Source: Candidatus Omnitrophota bacterium (GTDB lineage: Bacteria; Omnitrophota; Gorgyraeia; Zapsychrales; Zapsychraceae). From it: a stretch of DNA of 64,000 nucleotides. The DNA lies in the NCBI GenBank assembly GCA_023247445.1, contig JAHFGL010000003.1:14128-78127 (forward strand), in the 5' to 3' direction. This document shows positions 47,901-56,003 of this stretch, one piece after another. Positions within the stretch are counted from its first letter, which is position 1. The number at the start of each line of letters is the position of its first letter. Under the pieces are notes generated by a model, which had not been told where the DNA came from, did no database searches, and was given only the letters and a program-made list of their open reading frames with translations. The position numbers and the translations under genes were made by a program.

Positions 47901-49578
47901 TATTAAAGATGATCTTGATGCAAAGTTAGGGCCTGGATTTGTTGAGGAGTTAACGGGGTTAGTTGATCGATTACCCGAAAATGAAACTCAGGCCAGAGAA
48001 AGGTTAGGCGAAGATGACGCAATGAAATTGTTGGAGGACACCAACCGATTAGCCAATCTTGCTTTTGTGACAATCGATCAAATTTTAACATCATCTCATG
48101 AAAAGATTACATCATTAGGTCTTGATAATATTCTTCAGTCTGATTTAGAAAGTCCAAGGTATCCGATAAAAGAAGGATTTCGCAGCTACGACATAATTCG
48201 TGATTTTACTGAAAAATTGGGCAAGGTTAAAGGGGCTATGGATGGAATGAGTTCTCGGAATCTTAGTCGAGATACAGTTTATGGAGAATTTAATAGTTGT
48301 AAGCTTTTCTCGTCAATGGCTTTAAAAAGAATTGTAGCATTTGTCAACTTATTGGATCATGTTGTTGATCTACAAAGCGAGTCCTTTGAGAAATTTAAAG
48401 AGGAGATAAAATCAAGTACCGTATCTTTTAGAGAATCAAAAAGTTTACCCGAGTATATTTATCGATATTTTTTAATCCCGTATCAAGAAGCTTTGGCAGA
48501 GCGAGAAGCCATTGCTGAACCTATTCCCGATGAGGCGCTGTTGGCTCACCCGGAAGATTTGGTTGGGGGAGAAATAAATTTAAGATATTTGCGACGGATT
48601 CAAAAAATTGTTAATTCCAGCAAGGCTGATACAAAAAAGATCGCCATGTATGTGGGGGCTGGGGCGGATATCAGTGCTGCGCTTCTAGCGATTGATGCGA
48701 CGGACTATATTTTTATCGATCAAATTCCATTTGATACGGATAAACGAAAGGTCAGCGCCAAGACATTGGCTCGCGACATGGAAATTTATTTCCATGACAA
48801 GATGGGCAAAGGATATGGCAATTATTTGGCGATGAAGTCGGTTGGTCGGATTCGGCCATTTTTTATAAAAGAATTAGAATTGTTAGGAATTGATCCTAAG
48901 GATGTTTCAATTAAAAAAGATAAAAATAATCCAAATGTTTTTAGAATTAGTTTTGAGTATAAAGGCCAGAGGAGAACGGTTACCTATGTTGGTAATGCGG
49001 ATGCGACAAGGCCAGCCAAATTCGCCTCGCTTATTAAACGTTTGGGCCGAGCTGATTTTCTAATGATTAGAGCCGGCAATTACAGTGAGCGCAATCCAAA
49101 ACCATTATTAACGCGGACTTTTGTTATGAAACATTTAAAACCATCAGGACATCTTATTGTAGATTCCCTCGATGGGTTGACGGCCAAGGATGGACTACGT
49201 GATTTAGTTGAGCAGAAGCATTTGCGTGATGCCGTTTTAACTAGACTGGAACGCGATGGGGCGGGGTTAGGGTATGGTGATCGTTACGCCCCGCAATCAT
49301 ATATTTATATAAACAATCTCGATGAGGCGCTAGTGACGGATAAAGCAGTGACTAGTGAAGTTCCTGGTGGGATTGATTTTAATCCTGCGAATATGAATTT
49401 CAATTCAAACGGCGATAAGATTCAAATCAACTTACCGATGGCAGATCCCGCGATGCTGGGAGTAGAATCACCCGTCCGTGGTTATCAACCGGTCATTATT
49501 GAAATCACTCCGATAACAAATTTTCCGCTATTGCTCGGACTTAAAGATGAGCACGTGACGCAGATTTCTTATAACTAA
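44998..49578 (+). CDS. giant secreted multidomain protein (1526 aa) with an embedded LMW protein-tyrosine-phosphatase-like domain and an in-frame MITE
   Basis: signal peptide ...FLPPNLSWA-QV; CX5R(S) P-loop VKICFVCNMNVHRSAVAH plus PDPYDS Asp loop at about aa 570-730; possible Rossmann-like MYVGAGADISAALLAIDATDYIFIDQ near the C-terminus. Confidence 0.65.
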   Translation: MYIYKKNQNSCGSRRLISTVLLIAFGLTSFLPPNLSWAQVVPLTGLNLPIPGTVINLSPAFIPAHVTGIAIHPDDPFKFDFIIDTGDDHLEGEAFKQESMKLIKYFMASLTVPENQMWVNLSPYEKNRIIADGLGQTEMGRDMLGQDYILKQLTASLMSPENEWGQKFWDRVHKEVKEKYGNIDIPTDTFNKIWILPDKASVYVHDNRAFVVENHLKVMLEEDYVALSNSHPEGANATEGSPKRSFASTFLNGFEKKLVRTDFLQIELRKSQYAALRMTEPIKEILKEILLPEIEKEVNNGKNFAQLRQIFYSMILATWYKQNLKKSLFTKNYANQNKIEGIDLQDKKISEKIYNQYLEAFQKGVSNLIKEEYDPQTQEVIPRKYFSGGVQGVEDAAILTSLPSSWMEAQINRDHAMVTAGIDPLGPQASDEAMVTYAEGTDQQYLKRLDKMFRAIAGSADVDGSAYKDFQRGVSQLITDGVITGLVARRQVWDFMKSVAQGVASGDRTELQQLRFLLNSPEEITLSHFMRIRIRKEKTSKRMIRVVQRVPGMLAHSQALLQDIVGKIKRNEPVKICFVCNMNVHRSAVAHVLVMDQAQKLGRTNVEIVSGGTFDSNEHLNSKLRSGFKKILEARGVDSDIINRFRTRDVTKEDLEDSQLIVIAEPMNLERLSEFENEVPGLYEKMIFFTSINPVVDAQHPDHVMPDPYDSSKISAEGLVDLIEQEIIPRLFPTDPALQPLAGEASASRKRDDRAMLTKTEQTPQALVEDLKRAAAEDPGNIVDVLYDRGFRKPDEPFNVYLMIKNHKGPILDIRTGEELQNWPAEQLVGRQWRRADVYIRKDDPRGLGVLVIDSDNILTARESHQFRERNWRDLAQKRGLIVYTGVNAINRELITAHRILKEDGTIVEKEYGDSPPFDLKVTKESILIRIGDGVFFIELDESMLTYSEDQWDKVNQTYESLRKLAQSIKDDLDAKLGPGFVEELTGLVDRLPENETQARERLGEDDAMKLLEDTNRLANLAFVTIDQILTSSHEKITSLGLDNILQSDLESPRYPIKEGFRSYDIIRDFTEKLGKVKGAMDGMSSRNLSRDTVYGEFNSCKLFSSMALKRIVAFVNLLDHVVDLQSESFEKFKEEIKSSTVSFRESKSLPEYIYRYFLIPYQEALAEREAIAEPIPDEALLAHPEDLVGGEINLRYLRRIQKIVNSSKADTKKIAMYVGAGADISAALLAIDATDYIFIDQIPFDTDKRKVSAKTLARDMEIYFHDKMGKGYGNYLAMKSVGRIRPFFIKELELLGIDPKDVSIKKDKNNPNVFRISFEYKGQRRTVTYVGNADATRPAKFASLIKRLGRADFLMIRAGNYSERNPKPLLTRTFVMKHLKPSGHLIVDSLDGLTAKDGLRDLVEQKHLRDAVLTRLERDGAGLGYGDRYAPQSYIYINNLDEALVTDKAVTSEVPGGIDFNPANMNFNSNGDKIQINLPMADPAMLGVESPVRGYQPVIIEITPITNFPLLLGLKDEHVTQISYN
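45686..45834 (-). mobile_element. MITE-like element, copy 6, full length and translated in-frame inside the giant ORF
   Basis: gtcatcctgaaggagcgaatgcgactgaaggatctccgaagagatccttcgc...ggtacgtactgacttcctccaaattgaattaaggaaaagtcagtacgctgcgctcaggatgacg encodes SHPEGANATEGSPKRSFASTFLNGFEKKLVRTDFLQIELRKSQYAALRMTE. Confidence 0.7.
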
Positions 49579-49601
49579 CGTGAGTTCGGTATTTATATTT
49601 T

Positions 49602-49681
49602 GTCATCCTGAGGAACGAAGTGACGAAGGATCTCCGATTATTTTAAGTACTTTGAGATTCTTCGCTTCGCTCAGAATGACG
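49602..49681 (+). mobile_element. MITE-like element, copy 7 (short form)
   Basis: gtcatcctgaggaacgaagtgacgaaggatctccgatta...gagattcttcgcttcgctcagaatgacg. Confidence 0.65.
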
Positions 49682-49694
49682 TAAACGTTTTAAA

Positions 49695-50213
49695 CTAGAT
49701 CATTAAAAGTGCAGCGTTGGCGCGAAGATAGTTACGCACATCTTCCGTAAAAGGCAAAAAGACCTTATAAAACAATTTGCCTTTTTGTTGCGCAACCTTT
49801 TTAATCTTTGTTTGGAATTGGATTTTGGATTCTTTAGGCGAGTGGCCTTCGTTTTGAAAGCTGATGGTAACCTCTGCGATTGTTCCTTCAGCAATAAAGG
49901 AAGGAATGTCGCAGGAAAGGCCGATGAGATTAATATCATGAGTGCGGCTGATAATAAAATGATCGTTGACCTTTAAATGGATCGGCCATTCATAGTGAAA
50001 ACGGCGATAATGACGTTTCTCAGAGAAAACATTTTGATTGTTTTGCACTCCTAAACGATAGCGTGTCCAATCTTGACCATATTTTTTGATCCAGTCTGTT
50101 GCCGCTGTGGCAAAACCAACTTCGCGACCTAATTTTTCACTTTCAAGCCATTTATGTTTACGAATTTCAGCTAACGCTAATTCATCCTGAAGAAATGAGT
50201 AAGTGGTATTCAT
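49695..50213 (-). CDS. PilZ-like domain protein with an unrecognised N-terminal domain
   Basis: RHYRRF (RxxxR) then DINLIGLSCDIP...GTIAEVTISF resembles a degenerate PilZ c-di-GMP-binding fold. Confidence 0.4.
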   Translation of the reverse strand: MNTTYSFLQDELALAEIRKHKWLESEKLGREVGFATAATDWIKKYGQDWTRYRLGVQNNQNVFSEKRHYRRFHYEWPIHLKVNDHFIISRTHDINLIGLSCDIPSFIAEGTIAEVTISFQNEGHSPKESKIQFQTKIKKVAQQKGKLFYKVFLPFTEDVRNYLRANAALLMI

Positions 50214-50430
50214 CGAGGCACCCCATTTTTAAAAAATATTTTAATAGAAGATTTGCATTATAGCAAAGCGAAACATCAAATCAAGATTTTAATAAATTAT
50301 TTTGTCGACGAGGAATGGCATTATTGGTAAGCATAGAATAAAATAGCGACGCGATAAATATTTCATGACTTGCCCATAAACAATTTGCTTTAAAGAGTAT
50401 TCTTTTATATGATATGGCCAACAAATTTAA

Positions 50431-51585
50431 TTGGAGAAAATAGCGATGAACAATGTTGGTCTTATCCTTTTGATTGTAGTCCTGGCCATTGGCTTTTTAG
50501 CGGCATTTTTGGTTGTGGTTATCAATTTGCTGAAGAAACAAATTAGAGAAGAGATAAAATTTAATCAAGATCAGTTTCTGCAATTAGCCCAGCAACAATT
50601 CGAGACCCAGCAAAGCAAATCAACCGCAGAATTAGATCAGCGAAAGCAATCAGTTGAGTCTTCTGTTAGCGGATTAAAGGAAGAATTGGAGCGATATCAG
50701 CGATTGATGCGCGAATTTGAACAGGATCGAGCGAAAAAATATGGAAGCTTAGAAAATGAACTAAAGAATGCATCGACCGCCACTGTCAAATTGCAGGAAA
50801 CGACGAATCATTTAAATAATATTTTGGGCAATGTTAAATTACGTGGTCAGTGGGGCGAGCGCATGGCCGAAGATATTATCCAGTATGCAGGACTTCTGGA
50901 AGGCGTTAATTACCGTAAGCAAACCAAACTCGATTTAACCAACACCATTCCCGACTATACTTTTCTTCTGCCCGATAATCATAAGGTCAACATGGACGTC
51001 AAATTTCCTTATGACAATTACATCAAGATGATGAACGCGCCGGAATCTTTAGAGAAAGAGCATTATCAAAAAGAATTTTCTGGCAACGTCACAAGCCGTA
51101 TTCGGGAACTGCGCAATCGTGGTTATATCAATCCGCAGGAAAATACGCTCGACTTTGTTTTATTATTTATCCCTAGTGAACAGGTGTATGCCTTTATTCA
51201 AGAACAGATGCCGGGGATTATGGATGAAGCGTTAAAGCAAAAGGTCGTGTTGTGTTCGCCGTTTACGCTCTATGCGATGCTGACAGTTATCCGTCAGGCC
51301 TATGAAAATTTCCGTTATGAAAAAGATATGAAGAAGATCATCGATCTTATCGACCAATTTGCTAAGCTTTATGAAAATTTTAAGGTGCGGTTTGAGGATA
51401 TTGGAAAATCGCTCGAGAAGATGGAAGCCACATACAATAATATTAAATTAAATAATTTTAAACAACTTGATACAAAGATAAGACAGATTGATGAACACAA
51501 AAAAGGAAATACAATCCCCCTTAATTCATCCGGCGCCATCATCGACGTATCCAAAGAGTCCTTGGACGATCAAGCCGTTGTTTAA
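50431..51585 (+). CDS. rmuC: DNA recombination protein RmuC
   Basis: N-terminal TM plus coiled coil; C-terminal VVLCSPFTLYAMLTVIRQAYENF conserved block. Confidence 0.8.
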   Translation: MEKIAMNNVGLILLIVVLAIGFLAAFLVVVINLLKKQIREEIKFNQDQFLQLAQQQFETQQSKSTAELDQRKQSVESSVSGLKEELERYQRLMREFEQDRAKKYGSLENELKNASTATVKLQETTNHLNNILGNVKLRGQWGERMAEDIIQYAGLLEGVNYRKQTKLDLTNTIPDYTFLLPDNHKVNMDVKFPYDNYIKMMNAPESLEKEHYQKEFSGNVTSRIRELRNRGYINPQENTLDFVLLFIPSEQVYAFIQEQMPGIMDEALKQKVVLCSPFTLYAMLTVIRQAYENFRYEKDMKKIIDLIDQFAKLYENFKVRFEDIGKSLEKMEATYNNIKLNNFKQLDTKIRQIDEHKKGNTIPLNSSGAIIDVSKESLDDQAVV

Positions 51586-52279
51586 TCATTTCTTCCCGTC
51601 ATCGGTAGTAACCTACGTTAGCGATCAGACGAAAGATTTTAAGCTAAGAGAGAAACAGCTTAGCTTAGAGGATGATCAAAGGAAGTTTCTATCTTCTCAA
51701 TTAGGTTTTGATGTTGGGCATGCGGTTAATATTCAGCAGGTGCATGGTAAAAGGGTTGTGAAAGTTGACGCTCTTTATAATCAATCTCGGTCGATTTTAG
51801 AAGAGGCGGATGGGATTATAACCAATACGATCAATGTCCCGATTGTGATTCGCACTGCCGATTGTTTGCCAATTTTTATTTGTGATGTGAAACAAAAATG
51901 CATTGGCTTGGTTCATGCGGGATGGAAAGGGACCCAGCAAAATATTGTTGGACAGACGCTTATGCTGATGTATAAATACTGGCACTGTGAATTGTCTGAT
52001 ATCAAGGTTGCCATTGGCCCAGCGATTCGATCTTGTTGTTATCAGGTTGGGAAAGAAGTGTCGGATTATTTCCCGTGGGCGATTGTCAAAAAGGACAGCT
52101 CGTTGTATTTAGATTTGCCACAAGTTAATAAGAATCAAATGATTAATTTGGGGCTCCCGCAAGAGAATATTTTTGATTGTGGGATTTGTACTTGTTGTGA
52201 TCATAATTATTTTTCATTTCGTCGGCAAAAAGAGTCCGCTGGTCGAATGATTTCTCTAATGATGTTGCAAGGAGATTAA
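51488..52279 (+). CDS. pgeF: YfiH/PgeF (DUF152) family protein; start uncertain
   Basis: CLPIFICD and GLVHAGWKGT conserved His/Cys motifs; tracked ATG at 51488 lies inside rmuC, an in-frame TTG at 51578 is an alternative. Confidence 0.65.
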   Translation: MMNTKKEIQSPLIHPAPSSTYPKSPWTIKPLFNHFFPSSVVTYVSDQTKDFKLREKQLSLEDDQRKFLSSQLGFDVGHAVNIQQVHGKRVVKVDALYNQSRSILEEADGIITNTINVPIVIRTADCLPIFICDVKQKCIGLVHAGWKGTQQNIVGQTLMLMYKYWHCELSDIKVAIGPAIRSCCYQVGKEVSDYFPWAIVKKDSSLYLDLPQVNKNQMINLGLPQENIFDCGICTCCDHNYFSFRRQKESAGRMISLMMLQGD

Positions 52280-52280
52280 T

Positions 52281-52592
52281 ATGCACGTTGTCATTTTGGT
52301 TACAGCCAAAGATAAAAAAGAAGCTCATAAAATTGCGAACAAGTTAGTGGCAGGGAAGTTGATCGCCTGTGCAAATATTATTAACGGCATTGAATCAGTT
52401 TTTTGGTGGGATGGAAAAATAGATAATGCCAAAGAAGTGCTATTGGTTTTGAAATCTCGAAAGAGTTTGGTTTCAAAGATTATTAAAACGGTTAAATTAG
52501 TTCATAGTTATTCTGTGCCAGAGATTATTGCCTTGCCGATTATTGCCGGGAACAAGGATTATTTAAAATGGATTGATGGATCAACTGGCTAA
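52281..52592 (+). CDS. cutA: divalent-cation tolerance protein CutA
   Basis: 103 aa; VVILVTAKDKKEAHKIANKLVAGKLIACANII...SVFWWDGKI...YSVPEIIALPI. Confidence 0.75.
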   Translation: MHVVILVTAKDKKEAHKIANKLVAGKLIACANIINGIESVFWWDGKIDNAKEVLLVLKSRKSLVSKIIKTVKLVHSYSVPEIIALPIIAGNKDYLKWIDGSTG

Positions 52593-52636
52593 GTATATAG
52601 TAAAAGAAATTTTTTAATCAGCGGAGGTTCTAGATA

Positions 52637-53140
52637 ATGAAATATTTGGGAAGAATAGTTTTTTTGGTAGCGGTTATCATGGTGGCATCTTATGTACCTA
52701 ATTCATCGGCACAATTCTTTATGACGGGAAATCCATTGGTCGGTGAAAAATCTCCAGATTTTACGTTGGACACAACCAGTGGCGAAAAAGTCAACATGAC
52801 GAAGTTTCGTGATAAGCACAGTGCGATAATTTTTTTCTGGGCCACGTGGTGTCCGCATTGCCGTGAACAGCTGAAGGTATTAAACAATGAAAGTGCGAAT
52901 ATGTTAAAGAAGAATATTAAGATTATTTTGGTGGATATCGGTGAGGGGGCCAAACAAGTTCAAGCGCATCTTAAGCGAGAAAAAATTAGCCTCAACGTTT
53001 TTCTGGACCAGGATCAGGCCATCGCTGAGACCTATGCCATCATTGGCGTTCCAACCTTTTTCTTCATTAACAAAAGCGGCGTGATTACTGCCGTTGAGCA
53101 CACTATTCCAGATAATTACGAAGAGATCTTGTCCAAGTAA
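52637..53140 (+). CDS. TlpA-like thiol-disulfide oxidoreductase (secreted thioredoxin fold)
   Basis: signal peptide; FWATWCPHCREQ. Confidence 0.75.
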   Translation: MKYLGRIVFLVAVIMVASYVPNSSAQFFMTGNPLVGEKSPDFTLDTTSGEKVNMTKFRDKHSAIIFFWATWCPHCREQLKVLNNESANMLKKNIKIILVDIGEGAKQVQAHLKREKISLNVFLDQDQAIAETYAIIGVPTFFFINKSGVITAVEHTIPDNYEEILSK

Positions 53141-53174
53141 TAAAACACTAAATCCAAAACTCTAAATAAATTTA

Positions 53175-53210
53175 AAAGCCAAATGCACAAGTTAAGCATT
53201 TGGCTTTTAA
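53175..53210. terminator. bidirectional rho-independent terminator between convergent genes
   Basis: aaagccaaatgc-acaagttaa-gcatttggcttt, a perfect 12-bp stem, A-run upstream and T-run downstream. Confidence 0.55.
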
Positions 53211-53226
53211 GGTTTTATAAGGCCGT

Positions 53227-54699
53227 TTAATTCTTGTTTTTAGGAAGATTATCAACGAGATTAGCTTTAAGTCTTAGGCCCGATAAGAAGTTGCTAAAAA
53301 TTTCATTTCTTTTTTCCATAAAAAGATTTTGAGCAAACTTTTCTTTTTCTTTGGCAAAAACTTCTTTATCTACAGGGATATAAGAATTTAAATGAAGGAT
53401 ACAATAACCATTTTCGGTTTCAACCACATCACTGATTGTGTTATTCTCCGTGAGTGAAAAGGCTGCTTCTTGAAATTCCTTGGCGATACCAACCTTAGGT
53501 AAATAATCCCCGCGATTAAAGCCCGGTGTTTGATAAATTTCTAATCCCAATTGTTTAGCTGCGGCTTGAAAATCTTCGATTTTCGATTTATTTAATTCTT
53601 CTTTTAGACTTTTTAAATATTCTTGAGCCTTGAGCTTCGCAATATCTTTGGCCTTTATTTTTAAAAAGGCTTCTTTAACTTTATCTTTGACTTGAGCATA
53701 ATCTGGGATTTGGCTATCTTTCTTTTCTTTGACCTTGACGATGAAAATACCTTTAGATGTTTCAAAAGGTTCATTGATTCTATTTGTTTCTAGCTGGGAT
53801 ACATATGTCTGTAGTTCAAAAGGCCATCCTAGCGAAAGATTGGGCTGGTCAACGCTAAAAAATCCACTGGTTTGTAAGTTTAAATTATCCTTTTTAGCAA
53901 TTTCTTGTATGTCAGGATTAATAAGGAGTGCTTGATAGACCGATGTCGCTTTTTGCTTCAGCTCAGCCTTCTCAGTTTCTTCAATATTGTCCTTATAATC
54001 AAAACGGATAAAATCGACATTAATGCTAGGGGGAATGCGGAATTCATCTTTATGCTCGGCATAATATTGTTGAGCTTGAGATTCATCGTAGTTAACGTCA
54101 TTTTTGAATGAATCCGTTGAAATTAAACAATAGCTAACTTGTACTTTTTCATTTTGTTTCTTATAAGCGGCAAATACTTCATCTTCGGTTAGTGTCGTCG
54201 CTGAAGCCTCTTGGTCTAGCAATTTACCAAACATCAAGGTATCGCGGACGCTTTCTTCAAAATCTCTGGCTTCCGTTCGAAAACTATAGCGCAGGATATC
54301 GTTGTAAAGCAATGTGTCGAATTGCCCATCTCGTTGAAAGAAAGAGTATTGTTTAATTGTTTCAATAACCTCTTTATCGCTAACTTTAATGTGTCTTCGA
54401 TTGGCTTCCTCTAAAAGAATGAGTCGGTCCCATGTTTCTGCTTCCAAATTTAAGAATGGGCGAGCTTCTCTAAATTTGTCACCATAACGAATCATGGCCT
54501 GAAGTTGGGTGTGTTGATACATGCGTTCAAACTTATCAAGGGAAATTTTGTGGTTAAAGATTTTGCCAGCATAGGTTGGTTGGCCGTTGCCTTGTATCAT
54601 GTAGGCTGTTCCAAAAAATCCAAAAGAGATAATGATAATAATGGCTACAAACCACAAGATTTTCTTAGCAACACCTTTTTTGCGTAACGTTTTTAACAT
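53227..54699 (-). CDS. membrane-anchored periplasmic chaperone / peptidyl-prolyl isomerase, PpiD/SurA family
   Basis: N-terminal TM (ILWFVAIIIIISFGFF), SurA-N-like region, C-terminal parvulin-like segment (EPFETSKGIFIVKVKEKK). Confidence 0.6.
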   Translation of the reverse strand: MLKTLRKKGVAKKILWFVAIIIIISFGFFGTAYMIQGNGQPTYAGKIFNHKISLDKFERMYQHTQLQAMIRYGDKFREARPFLNLEAETWDRLILLEEANRRHIKVSDKEVIETIKQYSFFQRDGQFDTLLYNDILRYSFRTEARDFEESVRDTLMFGKLLDQEASATTLTEDEVFAAYKKQNEKVQVSYCLISTDSFKNDVNYDESQAQQYYAEHKDEFRIPPSINVDFIRFDYKDNIEETEKAELKQKATSVYQALLINPDIQEIAKKDNLNLQTSGFFSVDQPNLSLGWPFELQTYVSQLETNRINEPFETSKGIFIVKVKEKKDSQIPDYAQVKDKVKEAFLKIKAKDIAKLKAQEYLKSLKEELNKSKIEDFQAAAKQLGLEIYQTPGFNRGDYLPKVGIAKEFQEAAFSLTENNTISDVVETENGYCILHLNSYIPVDKEVFAKEKEKFAQNLFMEKRNEIFSNFLSGLRLKANLVDNLPKNKN

Positions 54700-54980
54700 G
54701 AATATTCCTTAATGAATTGATTTTTGGTTAATTGGATTAAAATAAATATGCCGATTATATATTTGAATTACACCTTTTACAAGCGTTTTTCCAAACCTTA
54801 TTTGATTAGTGGCCTAGGAATTAAGACGGTATGCACCTGATTTGCTAAAAGCCCTTTTAGATAATATACTTATGTTGGCCCTTAACAATTGTCTTTACAA
54901 CAAGATAGGCCAAAGATATAATACCGCTTCATTAAAATATGATACGCATATATATAAGAGAAGAAGGGTTATTTTAAAAG

Positions 54981-55856
54981 ATGAAAAAGTTGAGATTAGG
55001 TCTTCCAAAAGGAAGTTTACAAGAGGCAACCCTCAAGGTTTTTGAACGCGCAGGATTTAAAATCTACGTTTCCTCACGATCCTATTTCCCCACAATTGAT
55101 GATGTTGAAATTCAACCCGTTCTTTTGCGTGCGCAAGAAATGTCGCGTTATGTCGAGGAAAAGGCGCTAGACTGTGGAATTACAGGGGCTGATTGGACGC
55201 TTGAAAATGGGTCTGATGTTGTTTCGATGGCCGATTTAATTTACGCCAAACAGACGGCTGTTAAAGTGCGTTGGGTTTTGGCCGTGCCGGAAGCTTCTGA
55301 TATAAAAACGGTTAAAGATTTAAGCGGGAAAAGGATTGCGACTGAACTTGTTAACGTGACAAAAAATTATCTAAAGAAAAATAATGTTAAAGCTGATGTT
55401 GAGTTTAGCTGGGGCGCCACCGAGGCGAAAGTTGCTGATGGACTCGTGGATGCGGTCGTTGAGTTGACCGAAACAGGAAGTAGTTTGCGCGCGCACAAAC
55501 TTCGCATTATCGACACCATTGTCGAATCAGTGACACAATTTGTTGCCAATAAAGAGGCCGTTAAAGATCCATGGAAGAAAGATAAGATGGAGCAGATCGT
55601 GATGCTTCTTAAGGGCGCTATTGCAGCCAACAATATGGTTGGCCTTAAAATGAATGTTGAAAAGAAAAAGTTAGATGCTGTTTTAAAGATTTTACCGTCC
55701 TTGCAGAATCCGACGGTGTCACATCTGAGCAAAGACAATTGGCTGGCGGTTGAAACGGTTATTGATGAAAGTACAGTGCGAACATTAATTCCAAAACTTA
55801 AGAATGCCGGGGCTCATGGAATTATCGAGTATTCGTTAAATAAATTAATTTATTAA
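54981..55856 (+). CDS. hisG: ATP phosphoribosyltransferase (long form)
   Basis: [26 protein letters not shown]...; 291 aa with the C-terminal regulatory domain. Confidence 0.85.
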   Translation: MKKLRLGLPKGSLQEATLKVFERAGFKIYVSSRSYFPTIDDVEIQPVLLRAQEMSRYVEEKALDCGITGADWTLENGSDVVSMADLIYAKQTAVKVRWVLAVPEASDIKTVKDLSGKRIATELVNVTKNYLKKNNVKADVEFSWGATEAKVADGLVDAVVELTETGSSLRAHKLRIIDTIVESVTQFVANKEAVKDPWKKDKMEQIVMLLKGAIAANNMVGLKMNVEKKKLDAVLKILPSLQNPTVSHLSKDNWLAVETVIDESTVRTLIPKLKNAGAHGIIEYSLNKLIY

Positions 55857-55878
55857 CCAATAACGGGGAGTAGATAGT

Positions 55879-55980
55879 ATGCCTTGCGGAAGAAAACGAA
55901 AGTTACGCAAGATCCGAACGCATAAGCGAAAGAAGCGACGAAAGGCTTTGCGTCATCTTAAAAAACGAGCCACGCAATAA
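55879..55980 (+). CDS. 33-aa highly basic small protein, bS22-like (ribosomal protein S22 / AURKAIP1-type) candidate; not in the ORF track
   Basis: MPCGRKRKLRKIRTHKRKKRRKALRHLKKRATQ; RBS ggggag 8 nt upstream. Confidence 0.45.
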   Translation: MPCGRKRKLRKIRTHKRKKRRKALRHLKKRATQ

Positions 55981-56003
55981 ACCTTTTTTAAATAGAGGGT
56001 TTT

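Noticed and set aside
50175-50195. catcctgaag string resembling the MITE TIR inside the PilZ-like gene
   Set aside because: Only a 10-nt match with no partner TIR and no X or Y module nearby. It codes ordinary residues (LQDE) of the protein N-terminus, so it is a chance match.
54842-55045. 67-aa ORF overlapping the hisG start region
   Set aside because: It overlaps hisG's well-defined N-terminus ([12 protein letters not shown]) in another frame and has no RBS.
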